From Mobula hypostoma (taxonomy: Eukaryota): a stretch of 64,000 bases of DNA. The notes under the pieces were generated by a model. The model was not told where the DNA came from. It was given only the letters and a program-made list of their open reading frames with translations, and did not search any database. A program made the translations under genes and the position numbers. The stretch lies in assembly GCF_963921235.1 (NCBI RefSeq), contig NC_086097.1, forward strand, positions 17,732,001 to 17,796,000. Reading direction: 5' to 3'. This document shows positions 1 to 12,300 of this stretch, one piece after another. Each line of letters begins with the position of its first letter. The first letter of the stretch is position 1.

Positions 1-100
1 TTTTTATTCAGACATTTATTCTTTCAACAATTTGGTAGGTAATGTTTTGCATATTCCTGTTTCTAATTTCAACTAATTTAGAAATTTCCTTTGATTTCAG

Positions 101-295
101 TCGTTTTCAATGAAATCTGCCCAGCGGGTCACGGTTATCATTACTCCAGGTCTCATGTCCAGATCTTGATGAGACCTGCTGAAGAAGAGGAAATAACTCA
201 TGTTTCTCTAGAACAGTATCTTGACAATCGGCAGAATGCTGTCAAGGATTCCAAGTTAACTTCAAAGGAAGAAAATTATGTAAGCTTAGAAAGAT
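101..295 (+). CDS. LTBP2: LTBP2-like exon: C-terminal end of TB (8-Cys) domain and start of hinge region
   Basis: Acceptor ttgatttcag|, phase 1. Encodes VFNEICPAGHGYHYSRSHVQILMRPAEEEEI...ENYVSLER, resembling LTBP2 FREICPAGHGY...MRKAEEEEL (recalled). Donor |gtaagt at 296 (phase 1). An alternative donor |gtaagc at 280 is phase 0. Confidence 0.88.
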
Positions 296-1357
296 GTAAG
301 TACTGAATTTAGGTTGAACGTTCTCAATTTCTATATGCTATATTTGTGCTTGGAGAGAAATTCGAATTTACACTAGGCTATCAAGATGAGAACCCTCCCT
401 ATAATTTTTCACAGTATTAACTTGGGACAAAGAGAATAATTTTGATGGATTTATAAAGCGGGCTTTAAGGAACACTGCTTCATAATTATGAATGCCAGTT
501 CCTGAATTCATAAACTTCATAAAAATATGTTCAATTCTAAATTAATTTTCATTGATAAAATAATAAAAGTAGCACAGTAAAGGTAAATACTATATATAAT
601 GAGATTGTAACTTTTACAAATATCTGAAATATTTCCACTCGATAAACTAAACAATTATTTTAAACTGTTAATTCTTTTCTTTTAAATTTCTTAATATAGA
701 ACGTAGAACAGTACAACACAGAAACATGATGCCTGTGTCTACCACAATATCAAATTAAACTAATCGCATCTGCCCGCACATGATCCATATCCCTCCATTC
801 CTTGCATATAATTGGTTCATTATTGTCATGTACTGAAATATACTGTCGTGTAAACCTTTTTGTGCATGCCGTCAATATGGAGGTATTTTAAATTAGTACA
901 ACAGAAAAAAAGCACTGCAGAATATAATCTTACAGTTACAAAGAATATGCAGGTAGACAGATAAAAAGCAAGGCCTTGACAGACTTAAAATTATATTGCT
1001 CATTCTTATAGCCTTGTAATTGAGATTTAATAAAGTAGGTTTAAAAGAATAGTGATAGAGAGTCATGATGCTGGTAAGATTATGATGTCAGTAGTTGGTA
1101 AATTTCCATCTTCCTCAGAACATAACTGGTACAATTCTTCATTGTTCCTCATTGAGAGCATTCTCACATCAGCCATTACTGTCTGGTTTGGTGCAGCATC
1201 TTCTCACAATATCAGAAAAGTACAATAATCGGTCATGTCAGTAGAAAAAGTCATTGGCTGCATCATTACTGGGCTTGTGTGCATCCAGGACAAAGAAGCG
1301 GGCAGGAACAATCATTGTGGACACTACCCACCCTGCAAACTGCCTTTTCCAAAAGTT

Positions 1358-1998
1358 GCTGGTGACGCAGACTGGGAGACCGTTTTGCTGAACACCTACG
1401 CTCTGTCCGCCAGAGAAAGCAGGATCTCCCATTGGCCACTCATTTTAATTCCACATCCCATTCCCATTCCGACATGTCAGTCCACAGCTTCCTCCACTGT
1501 CACGATGAAGCCACACTCAGGTTGGAGGAGTAACACCTCATATTCCGTCTGGGTAGCCTTCAACCTGATGGCATAAACATTGACTTCTCTAACTTCCGCT
1601 AATGCCCCACCTCCCCCTCGCACCCCATCCATTATTTATTTATATACACACATTCTTTCTCTCACTTGCCTTTTTCTCCCTCTGTCCCTCTGACTATACC
1701 CCTTGCCCATCCTCTGGGTTTCCCCCCCTCCCCCTTTTCCTTCTCCCTGGGCCTCCTGTCCCATGATCCTCTCGTATCCCTTTTGCCAATCACCTGTACA
1801 GCTCTTGGCGCTATCCCTCCCCCTCCCACTTTCAAATCTCTTACTAGCTCTTCCTTCAGTTAGTCCTGACGAAGGGTCTCAGCCTGAAACGTCGACTGTA
1901 CCTCTTCCTAGAGCTGCTGCCTGGCCTGCTGCGTTCACCAGCAACTTTGATGTGTGTTGCTTGAATTTCCAGCATCTGCAGAATTCCTTGTGTTTGCG
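1358..1998 (+). mobile_element. Penelope-like element 3' fragment (GIY-YIG C-terminus and tail)
   Basis: Near-identical to 2395-3060. Flanked by a 13-bp duplication, ttttccaaaagtt (1345-1357 and 1999-2011). Confidence 0.85.
1862..1897 (+). ncRNA. Minimal type I hammerhead ribozyme motif in Penelope tail
   Basis: AGTC-CTGACGA-AGGgtctcagCCT-GAAAC-GTC-GACT: helix I AGTC/GACT, core CUGANGA and GAAA, palindromic helix III ACGT, GUC cleavage triplet. Confidence 0.7.
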
Positions 1999-2166
1999 TT
2001 TTCCAAAAGTTCTCTTCTTTTGAAAGAAAAACTTCACAGCATCTTAAATGTTCCTTCCCCCAGGAAGTTAATCTGATCAACATTCTAGTTAGCCTCCCCA
2101 TCACCCTTCTATCTATTACCCCCATCACTGCATGTACTGTAAACACTTTAAACCACATTTTTACAA

Positions 2167-3061
2167 CTCCCTTGTCCATTCGTCCCCCCCATCCCTCCCC
2201 ACTGATCTCCCTCCTGGCACTTATCCGTGTAAGCAGAACAAGTGCTACACATGCCCTTACACTTCCTCCCTTACCACCATTCAAGGCCCCAAACAGTCCT
2301 TCCAGGTGAGGCAACACTTCACCTGTGAGTCGACTGGGGTGATATACTGCGTCCGGTGCTCCCGATGTGGTCTTTTATATATTGGCGAGACCCGACGCAG
2401 ACTGGGAGACTGCTTTGCTGAACATCTACGCTCTGTCCGCCAGAGAAAGCAGTATCTCCCAGTGGCCACACATTTTAATTCCACATCCTATTCCCATTCT
2501 GACATGTCTATCCACGGCCTCCTCTACTGTAAAGATGAAGCCACACTCAGGTTGGAGGAACAACACCTTATATTCTGTCTGGGTAGCCTCCAACCTGATG
2601 GCATGAACATCGACTTCTCTAACTTCCGCTAAGGCCTCACCTCCCCCCTCGTACCCCATCTGTTACTTATTTTTATGCACACATTCTTTCTCTCACTCTC
2701 CTTTTTCTCCCTCTGTCCCTCTGAATATACCTCTTGCCCATCCTCTGGGTCCCCCCCCCCCTTGTCTTTCTTCCTGGACCTCCTGTCCCATGATCCTCTC
2801 GTATCCCCTTTTGCCTATCACTTGTCCAGCTCTTGGCTCTATCCCTCCCCCTTCTGTCTTCTCCTATCATTTTGGATTTCCCCCTCCCCCTCCAACTTTC
2901 AAATCCCTTACTCACTCTTCCTTCAGTTAGTCCTGACGGAGGGTCTCGGCCTGAAATGTCGACTGCACCTCTTCCTACAGATGCTGCCTGGCCTGCTGCA
3001 TTCACCAGCAACTTTGATGTGTGTTGCTTGAATTTCCAGCATCTGCAGAATTCCGGTTGTT
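2167..3061 (+). mobile_element. Penelope-like element 3' fragment with GIY-YIG endonuclease
   Basis: ORF 2132-2632 contains FTCESTGVIYCVRCSRCGLLYIGETRRRLGDCFAEH...PVATHFN. Flanks cacatttttacaa / cacatttttataa (2154-2166, 3062-3074). Confidence 0.9.
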
Positions 3062-4442
3062 CACATTTTTATAATACTGTTTACTTTGTGGATACATGCT
3101 GGTATTTACGTACATTTTATTCTGTATCCATAGTTTAATTTCTAACTTTATATTTTTATATAATTCTTTATTCTTTATAATTATTGAAAGTTGTTTTTTA
3201 TTTGCATGTCATGCTCTAACCAACCCACCACAGCAAATTCCTAATACATGCAAAAGTATATAGAGGCAGGATTGTAAAGTTGGTGAATAGTAATGAGAGT
3301 AATATTTTGGAAAAGAAAATAACTGAATTAATTTAGTTTTGACATGTTAGATTTAAATTGAAACATGAACTTTACAAGCATACCATTTTTTTAAACTATG
3401 AATATCTTAAAAATATCTTATTAGTATTATTACTCTGCTATAAACCGAGAAGAAATTTTTCTTAATACGGGCCCTTGACAAAGGCAAGTTTCATATATAA
3501 ATGCTTGGAATAAAGGCAAGACGGTACCTTTTTCCTGGAAAGATCTTCACATGTCACAGTTATAAATTTTGAAAGATAAAAAGGTAACAATTAATAGACA
3601 GAAATGAAATTTTGGAGTCTGGTACTCATTAAAGACAAATTATTTAACAGTTGATGAATTAATAATGAATCAGAAGGGTGCCGGGTATGATGTGAGCTTG
3701 CTAATCTCAAAGTAATTCAAACATGAGAATGTGTCTATCATGCAGTATACAGAAAGGAACATGAAATTACGTTATTTTGAGAGGTAAGTACATAAACAGA
3801 CGTATAGTTTTTATGTTTGGTACTTTAGATTCATGGGGATAATAATGGTTTAATTAAATAACTATGAACTAGAAATTATTGTGTATTACTACTTTATCAT
3901 ATTTATGAATCTGTGATTATGTATTTTTTTCTGGACATTTTCTTGCATCTTTGTTCTATATTGTTTTGGACTGTCCATGAAACCTGATTTTAAATTACTG
4001 TAAAATTCAACAGGTTTTGATAAACAATTTACTATTGTGTACTTTAAAAAAAAATGTTGTAAAATTCAAGTATTTTATTTATGGCAGTTAACGGTGCATT
4101 TGCACTTTAGATTTTGTCATTTCTAACTTTAAATTAACAGCGTAGAGCAGTGCAAATCTGGAATAAAGAACTAACTTGACTCTGGAATAAACTTCTCTTC
4201 CAGTATGGAGCTTAATTTCATACTGGGATTAGATGGGCTGCTAGCTTCAGATTTAAAGTAGAACAAACTATGCTGATAGACAAATCACTTTTCTTCAGTG
4301 CTGCAGATTGGTAGAAAGTTCAGTCATCTGCCTTTGTAAATAACAGATACTGTAATACTCAGCACATAATTTATACTTGCCGGGCACTCTTTAGTCAAAT
4401 GACACCTCCTGTAAATCAGAAATAGATCTAAGTATGTTGTAC

Positions 4443-6660
4443 CACATACAAAATGCTGGAGGAACTCAACAGGTTGGGCAGTATATATGGAAATGAATAA
4501 CAGTTAATGTTTTGGGCAGTGACCCATCATCAGAACTGGAAAGGAAGGGGGTGAGATGGGTTGGGGGGGTGGGTAGGAGGACAAGTTAGAAGGTGATAGG
4601 TGAAGCTAGGTGGGTGGGGAAAGTAAAAAGTTGGCGAAGAAGGAATATGACAGGAGAGGAGGATGAACTATGGGAGAACAGGAATAAGGAGGGGCACCAA
4701 GTGGAGGTGATAGGCAAGTGAGGAGAAGAAACAAGAGGCCAGAGTGGGGTACAGCAGAAGAGGAAAAGGGGAAGAGAAAAGAAAAAAATAATAACTACCA
4801 GAATAGAAACTGATGTTCATGCCATCAGATCGGAGACTATTGAATTGGAATACGAGGTGTTGCCTCAACACCCTGAGAGTGGCCTCCTTGTTGCAAAAGA
4901 GGAGGCCATGGACCAACATGTCAGAATATGAAAGGAGATAGGAATTAAAACAGTTAGCCACTGGGAATTTATACTTTTGGTGGATAGAGCAGAGCTGCTC
5001 AACAGAGTACCTTTGGCGCATGGAGCAGAGGTGCTCTACATCAGGTCTCACCAGTGTAGAGAAGGCTACAACAGGAGCACTGGATACAATAGACAACCCC
5101 AACAGATTCACAGGTGAAGTTTTGCCTCACCTGGTTTGACTTGTTTGGGGCACTAACTGGAGGTGAGGGAGAAAGTGAATGTGTAGGTGTAGTATTTCTG
5201 CCACTTGCAGGGACCTGTGGCCATAAGGAAATTAGTGGGGAGGGACGAATGGACTAGGGTATCATGGAGGGAGGGATCCCTGTGGAAAACGGAGTGTTGG
5301 GTGATGTAAAGATGTATTTGCTGGTAGGATCCCGTTGAAGATGGTGGAGATTGTGGAGTCTGATGTGTTAGGTGTGGAGGCTCATGAAGTGGTAGGTGAT
5401 GACAAACAGAAGTCTATCTCTGTTAAGGCAGCAGGAAAATGGGGTGAGGATGGATATCTGGGAAATGGAAAAATACAGGGGAGGTCAGCATTAATGGTGG
5501 AGGAAGGAAAACCATGTTCTTTGAAGAAGGAGGATATCTCTGATGTCCAGGAAAGCCTCATCCTGGGAACAGATGTAGCGGAGACAAAGGGAAGAGATAT
5601 AGTCATGATAGCCATGGAAATCAGAAAGCTTATAAAAAATGTCAGTAGACAGTTTGTCTCTGGAGTGGAGACTGAGAGATCGAGGTAGGGGAGGCAGCTG
5701 TCAGAAATGGACCAAACAAATTTAAAGGTTGGGTGAAAATTGGAAGCAAAGCAATGCAGTCATCAGTGTAGCACAGAAAAGGTTGGGGGGGGGAGCATTA
5801 CCAGGGAAGGCTTGGAACATGGTCTGCTCCACATAGCCAATAAAAAGACAGGCATATCTGGGTCCCATGCAGGTGGCATGGCTACCCCTTGAATTTGGAG
5901 AAAGTAGGAGGGGCCAAATGAGAAATTGTTGAGGGTGAAGATAAGTTCTGCTTGATGAAAGAGGGTATTGTCAAGAAAGAATCAGAGACCTTTAAGGCCT
6001 TCTTCTTTGGGAATAGTAGTGTATGGGGATTGAACATCCATGGAGAAAATGAGGCAGTCAGAGCCAGAGAATTGAAAGTTGTTGAGGAGATCAAGAGCAT
6101 GTAAAGGGTCGTGGATGTCAGTGGGAAGGGACTGAACCATGGAGGATAGAATGGCATTGAAGTATGTGGACACAGGTTCAGTGGGGCGAGAGCAAGCAGG
6201 GACAATGGGCCTACTTGTACAGGCAGGTTTGTGGATCTTCGGTAGGAGGTAGAAACAAGCACTGCGGTGTAAGGAAGCTGTGAGTTTTGTGGCAGTGGAT
6301 GTGTGATGGTGTCGGAAACAATTTTCTGATGGTCCAGTCTGGGGTTCTTTTTGAGGAGTAAGTAAGTAGAAATGTCTGAAAGTTGTCACCTGGCCTCAGC
6401 AGGGTTAAAGTCAGTCCTCCACATTACAACACCCTTTGTGTGCAGGTTTGATACTAAGGTTGGGATTGGTGCTGAGAGAGTGGAAACGAGTGCGTTCAGA
6501 GGAGGTAAGGTTCAACGAGGAGAGAGGAGTGCTGAATTTGAGCTTGTTGATATTTTGTTGGCATTTAGAGATGGAAAGATCCAGAGCAGGCAGAGAACCA
6601 TAGTGGGGAGTCTAAGAAGAGGGTTGGAGACAGGTGAAGGGGTCATTGATGCAGGGTGAG
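4443..6660 (-). mobile_element. Degenerate Penelope-like retroelement (RT, GIY-YIG, tail)
   Basis: Minus-strand fragments FYLLPKIHKPACTSRPIV...IFSMDVQSPYTTIP (PLE-type RT) and PVANCFN...EATLRV (GIY-YIG tail). Many frameshifts. Confidence 0.85.
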
Positions 6661-7447
6661 TAATTCTTGCCAAAATATTTTGTAAGATCTTCTCTGTAGA
6701 AAAGATATGATTTGAGAAACTGACTCAAATAATTGACTTATCTAGTATATTAAGGAATTGCAACCATATTTTTGTTGCTCTTAAATATTCTGACTTTTTT
6801 TTTATTTCTCCCCTACCTATGCTCTCATAACTTTGTATTTACAACTTTCCACCCTTGCCCCAGCCTTCTGTCCTCCAAGGAAATTGAATTCAGTCTATCT
6901 AGTCTCTCTCCTTATAGCTGAACAGTTTAATCTGAAGCAATATCATGGTGAATCACCTCTGCACCTCTCCGGTAAAATCACACCCTTTGGATATTATTGT
7001 GATGAGAGTTGCACATGGTGCTTTCTCTGTAGTCTAAGTAGGTGTATCATAACCTCCCTGCTCTGAGATACTATGTCCAGGCAAATGATTCCCATTCTGA
7101 ATGCCTTCTTAACTAACTTGTGCTTCTGCTTTGAAGGATCCTTGGAAATGTACACCAAAGTTTTAATGTTCTTTATTACTTTCTGTAGCTTTACCATATA
7201 TAAAGTCATAGCTTTAAGCATCATGGGGACAGGCCCACAGAACTAACTGGTTCAAGTTGACCAAATTGCTTTTCTTAGTCACATTTGCCTGCATTTAGCA
7301 CACATCCCTCATTCATAATTCTTTTAGTTTTAAAATAGTTATGGAGAAAGGTAGGACAGGTCTACAAGTTAAAAACTTAAATTAGGGCAAGGCAAATTTT
7401 GGACAATTTGGGCTGGGACTTGCAGAAGTTAATTTGGTAAGACTACT

Positions 7448-7751
7448 ACAAAGGCATCCGTTAATCTTGCGAGACCATGGATCTGCATCTTCACTCTCCA
7501 GGCCGCAGGCCTGGGCAAGGTTGTGTGGAAGACCGGCAGTTACCTATGCTGCAAGTCTCCCCTCTCCACGACACCAATGTTGTCCAGGGGAAGGGCATTA
7601 GGACCCATACAGCTTGGCACCAGTGTCGTCGCAGAGCAATGTGTGATCAGTGCCTTGCTCAATGACACAACATGTTCCCTCGGCTGGGGCTCGAACTCAC
7701 GACCTTCAGGTAGCTAGTCCAATGCCTTAACCACTTGGCTACGTGCCCACA
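7448..7751 (-). mobile_element. tRNA-derived SINE
   Basis: Minus-strand head gtgggcacgtagccaagtggttaaggcattgg...gtgagttcgagccc with pol III A and B boxes. TSD tggt(a/g)agactact at 7435-7447 and 7752-7764. A second copy is at 47866-48175. Confidence 0.85.
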
Positions 7752-7769
7752 TGGTGAGACTACTTGCAG

Positions 7770-8480
7770 GTAAAAGGATGTCAGACAGGTTTGAGGCTTT
7801 AAAAGTATGATATAAAGAGATCAGGGATAGCATGTGTTTTTGGGGTGAAGGGAATACTGGTAAATTTGAGGGCTTGGTTGATGTGCAATATTGAGACTCG
7901 CTTTAAGAAAAAGGCATTAGGGTAAGATGGTGGGGATCAATCAAATCTCTTGATGAGAATAAGTGTAGGAGTACAGTCAAGAGGGAAACCAGGAGGGCAT
8001 ATAGTGAGCATTATGTGAGCAAAGTTAAGGAAAATCACAAGAGATTCTACAGCTATACTAAGAGTAAAAGGGTGGCTAGAATAAGAATGTCCCCTTAAAG
8101 ATCTGCGTGAAGCAACAGGAGATGGATAATATTCTTAAATCAATATTTCTCATCTAAAAGTGGCATCACAGGTGGACAGGATAGCGAAGGTGTTTGGCAT
8201 TCTGGCTTTCATCAATCAGGACAGCAACGATAGGAGCTGGAACATGATATTGCAATTGTAAGAGACGTTGGTAAGGCAACACTTGGGAGTGTTGTGCACA
8301 GCTTTGTTATAGGAAACACACTATTCAGCTAGAACTAATGCAAAGAGTATTCATAAGAATGTCAGCAGGATTTGAGGATCTGTGTTGTAAGGAGAGGTTA
8401 GGCAGCACTTTTCCCTTGGAATGTAGGAGACTGGTGACCTCACGGAGGGGTATAAAATCATGAGAAGCACAGAAACTTTT
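7770..8480 (+). mobile_element. Degenerate CR1 LINE fragments
   Basis: Similar to the CR1 ORF2 3' region at 18290-19200 (aaagtggcatcacaggtggacagg...ggcattctggctttcatcaatcag). Confidence 0.6.
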
Positions 8481-8764
8481 TACCAGGGAAAAGCAATCCA
8501 TCCTTGTGCAACCGGATCCTCGACTTCCTCACTTGGAGAACCCAGTCAGTTTCGATTGGCAACAACATCTCCTCCACAATCGCCATCAGCACGGGCTGTG
8601 TGCCTAGCCCGCTGTTTTTCTCACTTTATATTTAACACTGTAAGACTAAGCACAGCTTCAATGCCATATTTAAATTTTCTGATAACAGCACTGTTGTTGC
8701 TGAGTCAAAGGTGTTGATGAATCTGCATATTGGAGGGAGATATGAAATCTGGCTGAGTCATGTC

Positions 8765-9195
8765 ATGGCTTGGCTTCGCGAAGGAAGATATAGGAAGGGG
8801 GCTGCCCACATCTGCTGCAGGCTCGCTGGTGGCTGACAAGGCCAATTCAGGACAGGCAGGTCCGGCCACAGCCGATGCAAGAGAAATTCTGTTCTGGGTT
8901 TGGTATTGCTGTGTCACGGTTCTTCCTCCTTCTCCTTTTGTCCTCAATGCCAGCCCTGCTTGTGTTCTCGAAGGAGGAGACAGACTAGTGAATGGTATGT
9001 CGCCAGGCCTCGCGATCGGAGGCTGGATTAGACCGCTGGCGATGGTCAATGTGATAGGCACCAAGGGATTTCTACAGAGAGTCCTTGTACCTCTTCTTCG
9101 GTGGCCTTTTGTCACGGTGGCCAGTGGAGAGTTCGCCATACAGCACAATATTGGGCAGGCAATGATCCTCCATCCTGGAGATGTGCCCTGCCCAG
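8765..9195 (-). mobile_element. RTE-clade LINE 3' fragment nested in the Rex-type LINE
   Basis: Minus frame WAGHISRMEDHCLPNIVLYGELSTGHRDKRPPKKRYKDSL, a typical RTE C-terminus. Confidence 0.8.
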
Positions 9196-9375
9196 CACAA
9201 CAACAACCTCTCACTCAATGTCAGCAAGATCAAGAAACTGATTATTGACTCCAGGAGGAAGAAACCCGAGGTCCATGAGCCAGTTCTCATCGGGGATCAG
9301 TGGTAGAGAGAGTCAATAACTTCCTTAGTGTCATAATTTCAGAGAACTAGTATTGGGCCCAACATAGGTTACGAA

Positions 9376-10267
9376 TGTAATTGTCTCACTGTGGCTCGTA
9401 ACAGATTTGGCTCATTAGCTAACTCTAACTAACAGCCACATGACTCAGCTTTGCATGGGTGATGGTGAGAAGGCCACCTTCAATAAGCAATATAAATCTA
9501 AGGTTGGTATGATTGGCATTCAACCAAACAGGAAAGTTGGAATGTTCTGATAAGGGAACAGAAATTATGGTGAATGCTCTGTAAATGCTTGTCCCATGCA
9601 AACTTATTGTTTGCCAGGAAATAACAGACCTTACACCATCTTAAAATTAAAGTGGAAGTATGTTTAGGAGATATTTCAACTTTAACAAAGAGTTAATAAG
9701 GAAAAAAAGAAAAGGGCCCAGTACAGTTAAACCAATCTAAATGCACACATAAATGGTAAAGCTCATTTCTGTACCCAAGTTCTGCGTGAAAGACATTGGC
9801 CACAGTTTGGACTTTCCGCAAAGGCCATTTCAAATGAACTGGCTAACTCAGGAGTATTGGCACTTTCTCCTTGGAACATTCGTCTGCACAAAGCAATTCT
9901 TATAACAAGGTCTCTCCTTTGAGCGGCATTCTACAAGTATCTTCCCTAGTGCTCTGCTCCACATCTCCTCCCAATAAAAATCCAAAACCAGACTACTGTC
10001 CCTCAGAAATCTGATCCTGCTCAGCCTTCCTGAATGTTCCATAACATGCCACTGGATAGAATATCACTGCAGGTTGCCAATTGAACCCCAGCTGGCTGAC
10101 ACAAAATTCCTAGGCTGAGCAAACAGCTCCCCATCTCAGCTGAAGCCAAAGCAATAGTCGATGAAGCTTAACTAACAGAATACATTGCATTTGCAGAAAA
10201 GCTGTTAAAAGCATAACAGCATAGCAGTGGAAATGCCATAATGCAGGCTCTTAACCAGGGCATTACA
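9376..10267. mobile_element. Probable solo LTR inserted in the Rex-type LINE
   Basis: An insert of about 890 bp interrupts the LINE and has inverted termini TGTAAT...ATTACA. No clean TSD seen. Confidence 0.4.
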
Positions 10268-11480
10268 CAAAGAAGAACAAATGAAGCATGGCGGAGTCTC
10301 TACTTCCGTAGAAGTTTGCGAAGATTTGGCATCTCATCTAAAACTTCGACATATTTTTCTAGATATGTTGTGGAGAGTATATTGACTGGTTGCATCATGG
10401 CATGTTATTGGAAACACCCAATACACTTGAATGGAAAAGCTACAAAAAGTAGTGGATATGGCCCAGTCCATCTTGTATAAATCCCTCCTCACTATTGAAC
10501 GCATCTAGATGCAGCACACTCACAGGAAAGCAGCATCCATCATCAAGGACTCCCACCATCCAGGCTATGCTCTCTTCTCGCTGCTGCTATCAGGAAGAAG
10601 CTACAGAAGTCCCGAGACCCACACCATTAGGTTCACAAACAGTTATTACTCCTCAACCATCAAGCTCTTGAAACAGAGGGGATAACTTCATTCAACTCAT
10701 CACTGAACTGTTCCCACAACCTATGGACTCATAGGACTCTTCATCCCATGTTCTCAATATTTGTTGCTTATTTATTTATTTTTTATTTTTATGTTTTGCA
10801 CATTAATTGTTCGTTCTGTTGGGGGCACTCGTTCATCGATTCTATTGTGTTTCTCGTATTTACTGTGAATTCCCACAGAAAATGAATCTCAGGGTTGTAT
10901 ATGGTGACATAAATGTACTTTAATAATAATTTTACTTTCAACTTTGCAAGTGGTTAAGGCGGGTAGAAAAACAACATCTAAAAGGCATTTGAACAGGTGC
11001 ATGGATAAGTATGGTTTTAAGAGATGAAGGCAAATGAAACTAGCTTAAATGAGCATCTAGGTCAGCCTGGATGAAATTTGTCTGAAGGGCCTGTTTCCAT
11101 GCTACATAATTCTATCATTCTAAATCTTTACACAGGATCTTCCAGTCTCATAATGCTAGCTGTTCATATTAGTTATCTGAAATTTTAGATGGCCCCTCTG
11201 ATTGTATTTGCGCAGAAAACTAACTTCTTATTCCTCTTTGGCTATGTTACTGAATTATACCTATCAGTGTACTCACCTTATGTAGCCTTTGAAGTCCAAA
11301 GTGACAAGGGCGAATTTACTTTTTTAAATGGTGTACTGCTTGACTGCCATAAAATGTTGTCCTCCATATACGGGTTGGTACATCCCTTTATCTGCATGTG
11401 GAGACATAAAAAATTGCAAAATGAAATATTCCTGTATATTGTTCATTGTAAAAAGATAATCTCTGCAATTTTTTTTGCAG

Positions 11481-11500
11481 ATGATACTTCAATAAAAACA
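11481..11500 (+). CDS. LTBP2: 20-nt hinge microexon, (Y)DTSIKT, phase 1 to 0
   Basis: ttttttttgcag|atgatacttcaataaaaaca|gtaagt. Phase 1 is the only open frame, and it exactly bridges the 295 donor (phase 1) to the 12252 acceptor (phase 0). Confidence 0.72.
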
Positions 11501-12251
11501 GTAAGTATGGTTAACTAATTTATATCATAAAAAGTGGATAATTATTTGTTATTGTTAGCAATTAATTTAATCATAGTTTACTTCTGTAAGTTTGAAAATT
11601 GCAACATGGATTTTCATGTTGATTGGATGTCTAATAGTTTTAATCATTTAAATGTGTGCTTCTCAGTGTGAACTATTATAATTGCAAAACAAGCAATAGT
11701 GACAGAGAAGATGATATTTATTTTAAAACAAGATGGTCATTGCACAGAGCACCAACACTTACTTTTCTGCCGTGGGCATGTTGTATCAAACTCTAGTGAC
11801 ATAAAGGGAAAAAAAGCATCCAAGACCAAGGTTAGTTCCTCCCCTTTGTTCCATGCCTGTCTTTTGTAATACTGACTTGAATCCACTCCTACAATCTTGG
11901 AGTTTCTTTTCACTGTAACACAACTGTAGTGAAGTGGGAGGCACAATTAAATTTTGAATAGAACACTTGGATTAGATTTGTTTAAATTCATTACCATCTA
12001 GCTTCTCTGGATTTACTTGGATAGAATGTCAAAAAAATTGGTACAAACAAAAATTTTAGCATAATGTTTTAATCAGGTAGAAGTGCATATCTTTTAAGGT
12101 TCCTCATTAGTCAAGAGACTGGAAATTCATTTTAGGCATCAGTTAGCCTCATTTTAAACACTGACCCCCATAGTTGAAACCAAAAAGTTGAATTCACAAT
12201 TATATTTTATGGGTAATTTGCAGAATTATAATCTGTTTTTGTTCACAACAG

Positions 12252-12300
12252 CCAAAGCCTTTCGAATCATTTCATGTTCCAAGTGTTGAAGAATATCCAG
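12252..12300 (+). CDS. LTBP2: 49-nt hinge exon, PKPFESFHVPSVEEYP, phase 0 to 1
   Basis: Acceptor tttttgttcacaacag|, donor ccag|gttagt. Open frame joins the next exon as ...EEYPVEVVVKTSPP, similar to the LTBP1 hinge PQFPVVIEKTSPP (recalled). Confidence 0.75.

Larger units (their letters stand above)
1130..3260 (+). mobile_element. Old Rex1/Babar-type LINE 3' fragment, split by two Penelope insertions
   Basis: attgagagcattctcacatcagccattactgtctggtttgg (ESIL...W motif of this LINE C-terminus). The host sequence resumes after each insertion. Confidence 0.55.
8500..10885 (+). mobile_element. Rex1/Babar-type LINE 3' region with nested insertions
   Basis: RT C-terminal remnants (ctctcactcaatgtcagcaagatcaagaaactgattattgact; RSLYFRRSLRRFG...VVESILTGCI) and an AT-rich tail ending near 10885. 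Confidence 0.7.

Noticed and set aside
3746..3783. Candidate small exon (tgcag|tatac...gag|gtaagt)
   Set aside because: Its only open frame ends in phase 2, which is incompatible with the neighbouring exons. The pyrimidine tract is poor, and the gene model closes without it.
7680..7751. tRNA-like sequence on the minus strand (also about 48105-48175)
   Set aside because: It continues into a shared SINE body with TSDs, so it is a SINE head and not a tRNA gene.
11189..11518. 109-aa ORF overlapping the microexon
   Set aside because: No recognisable domain. Only the last 20 nt before gtaagt have exon signals.
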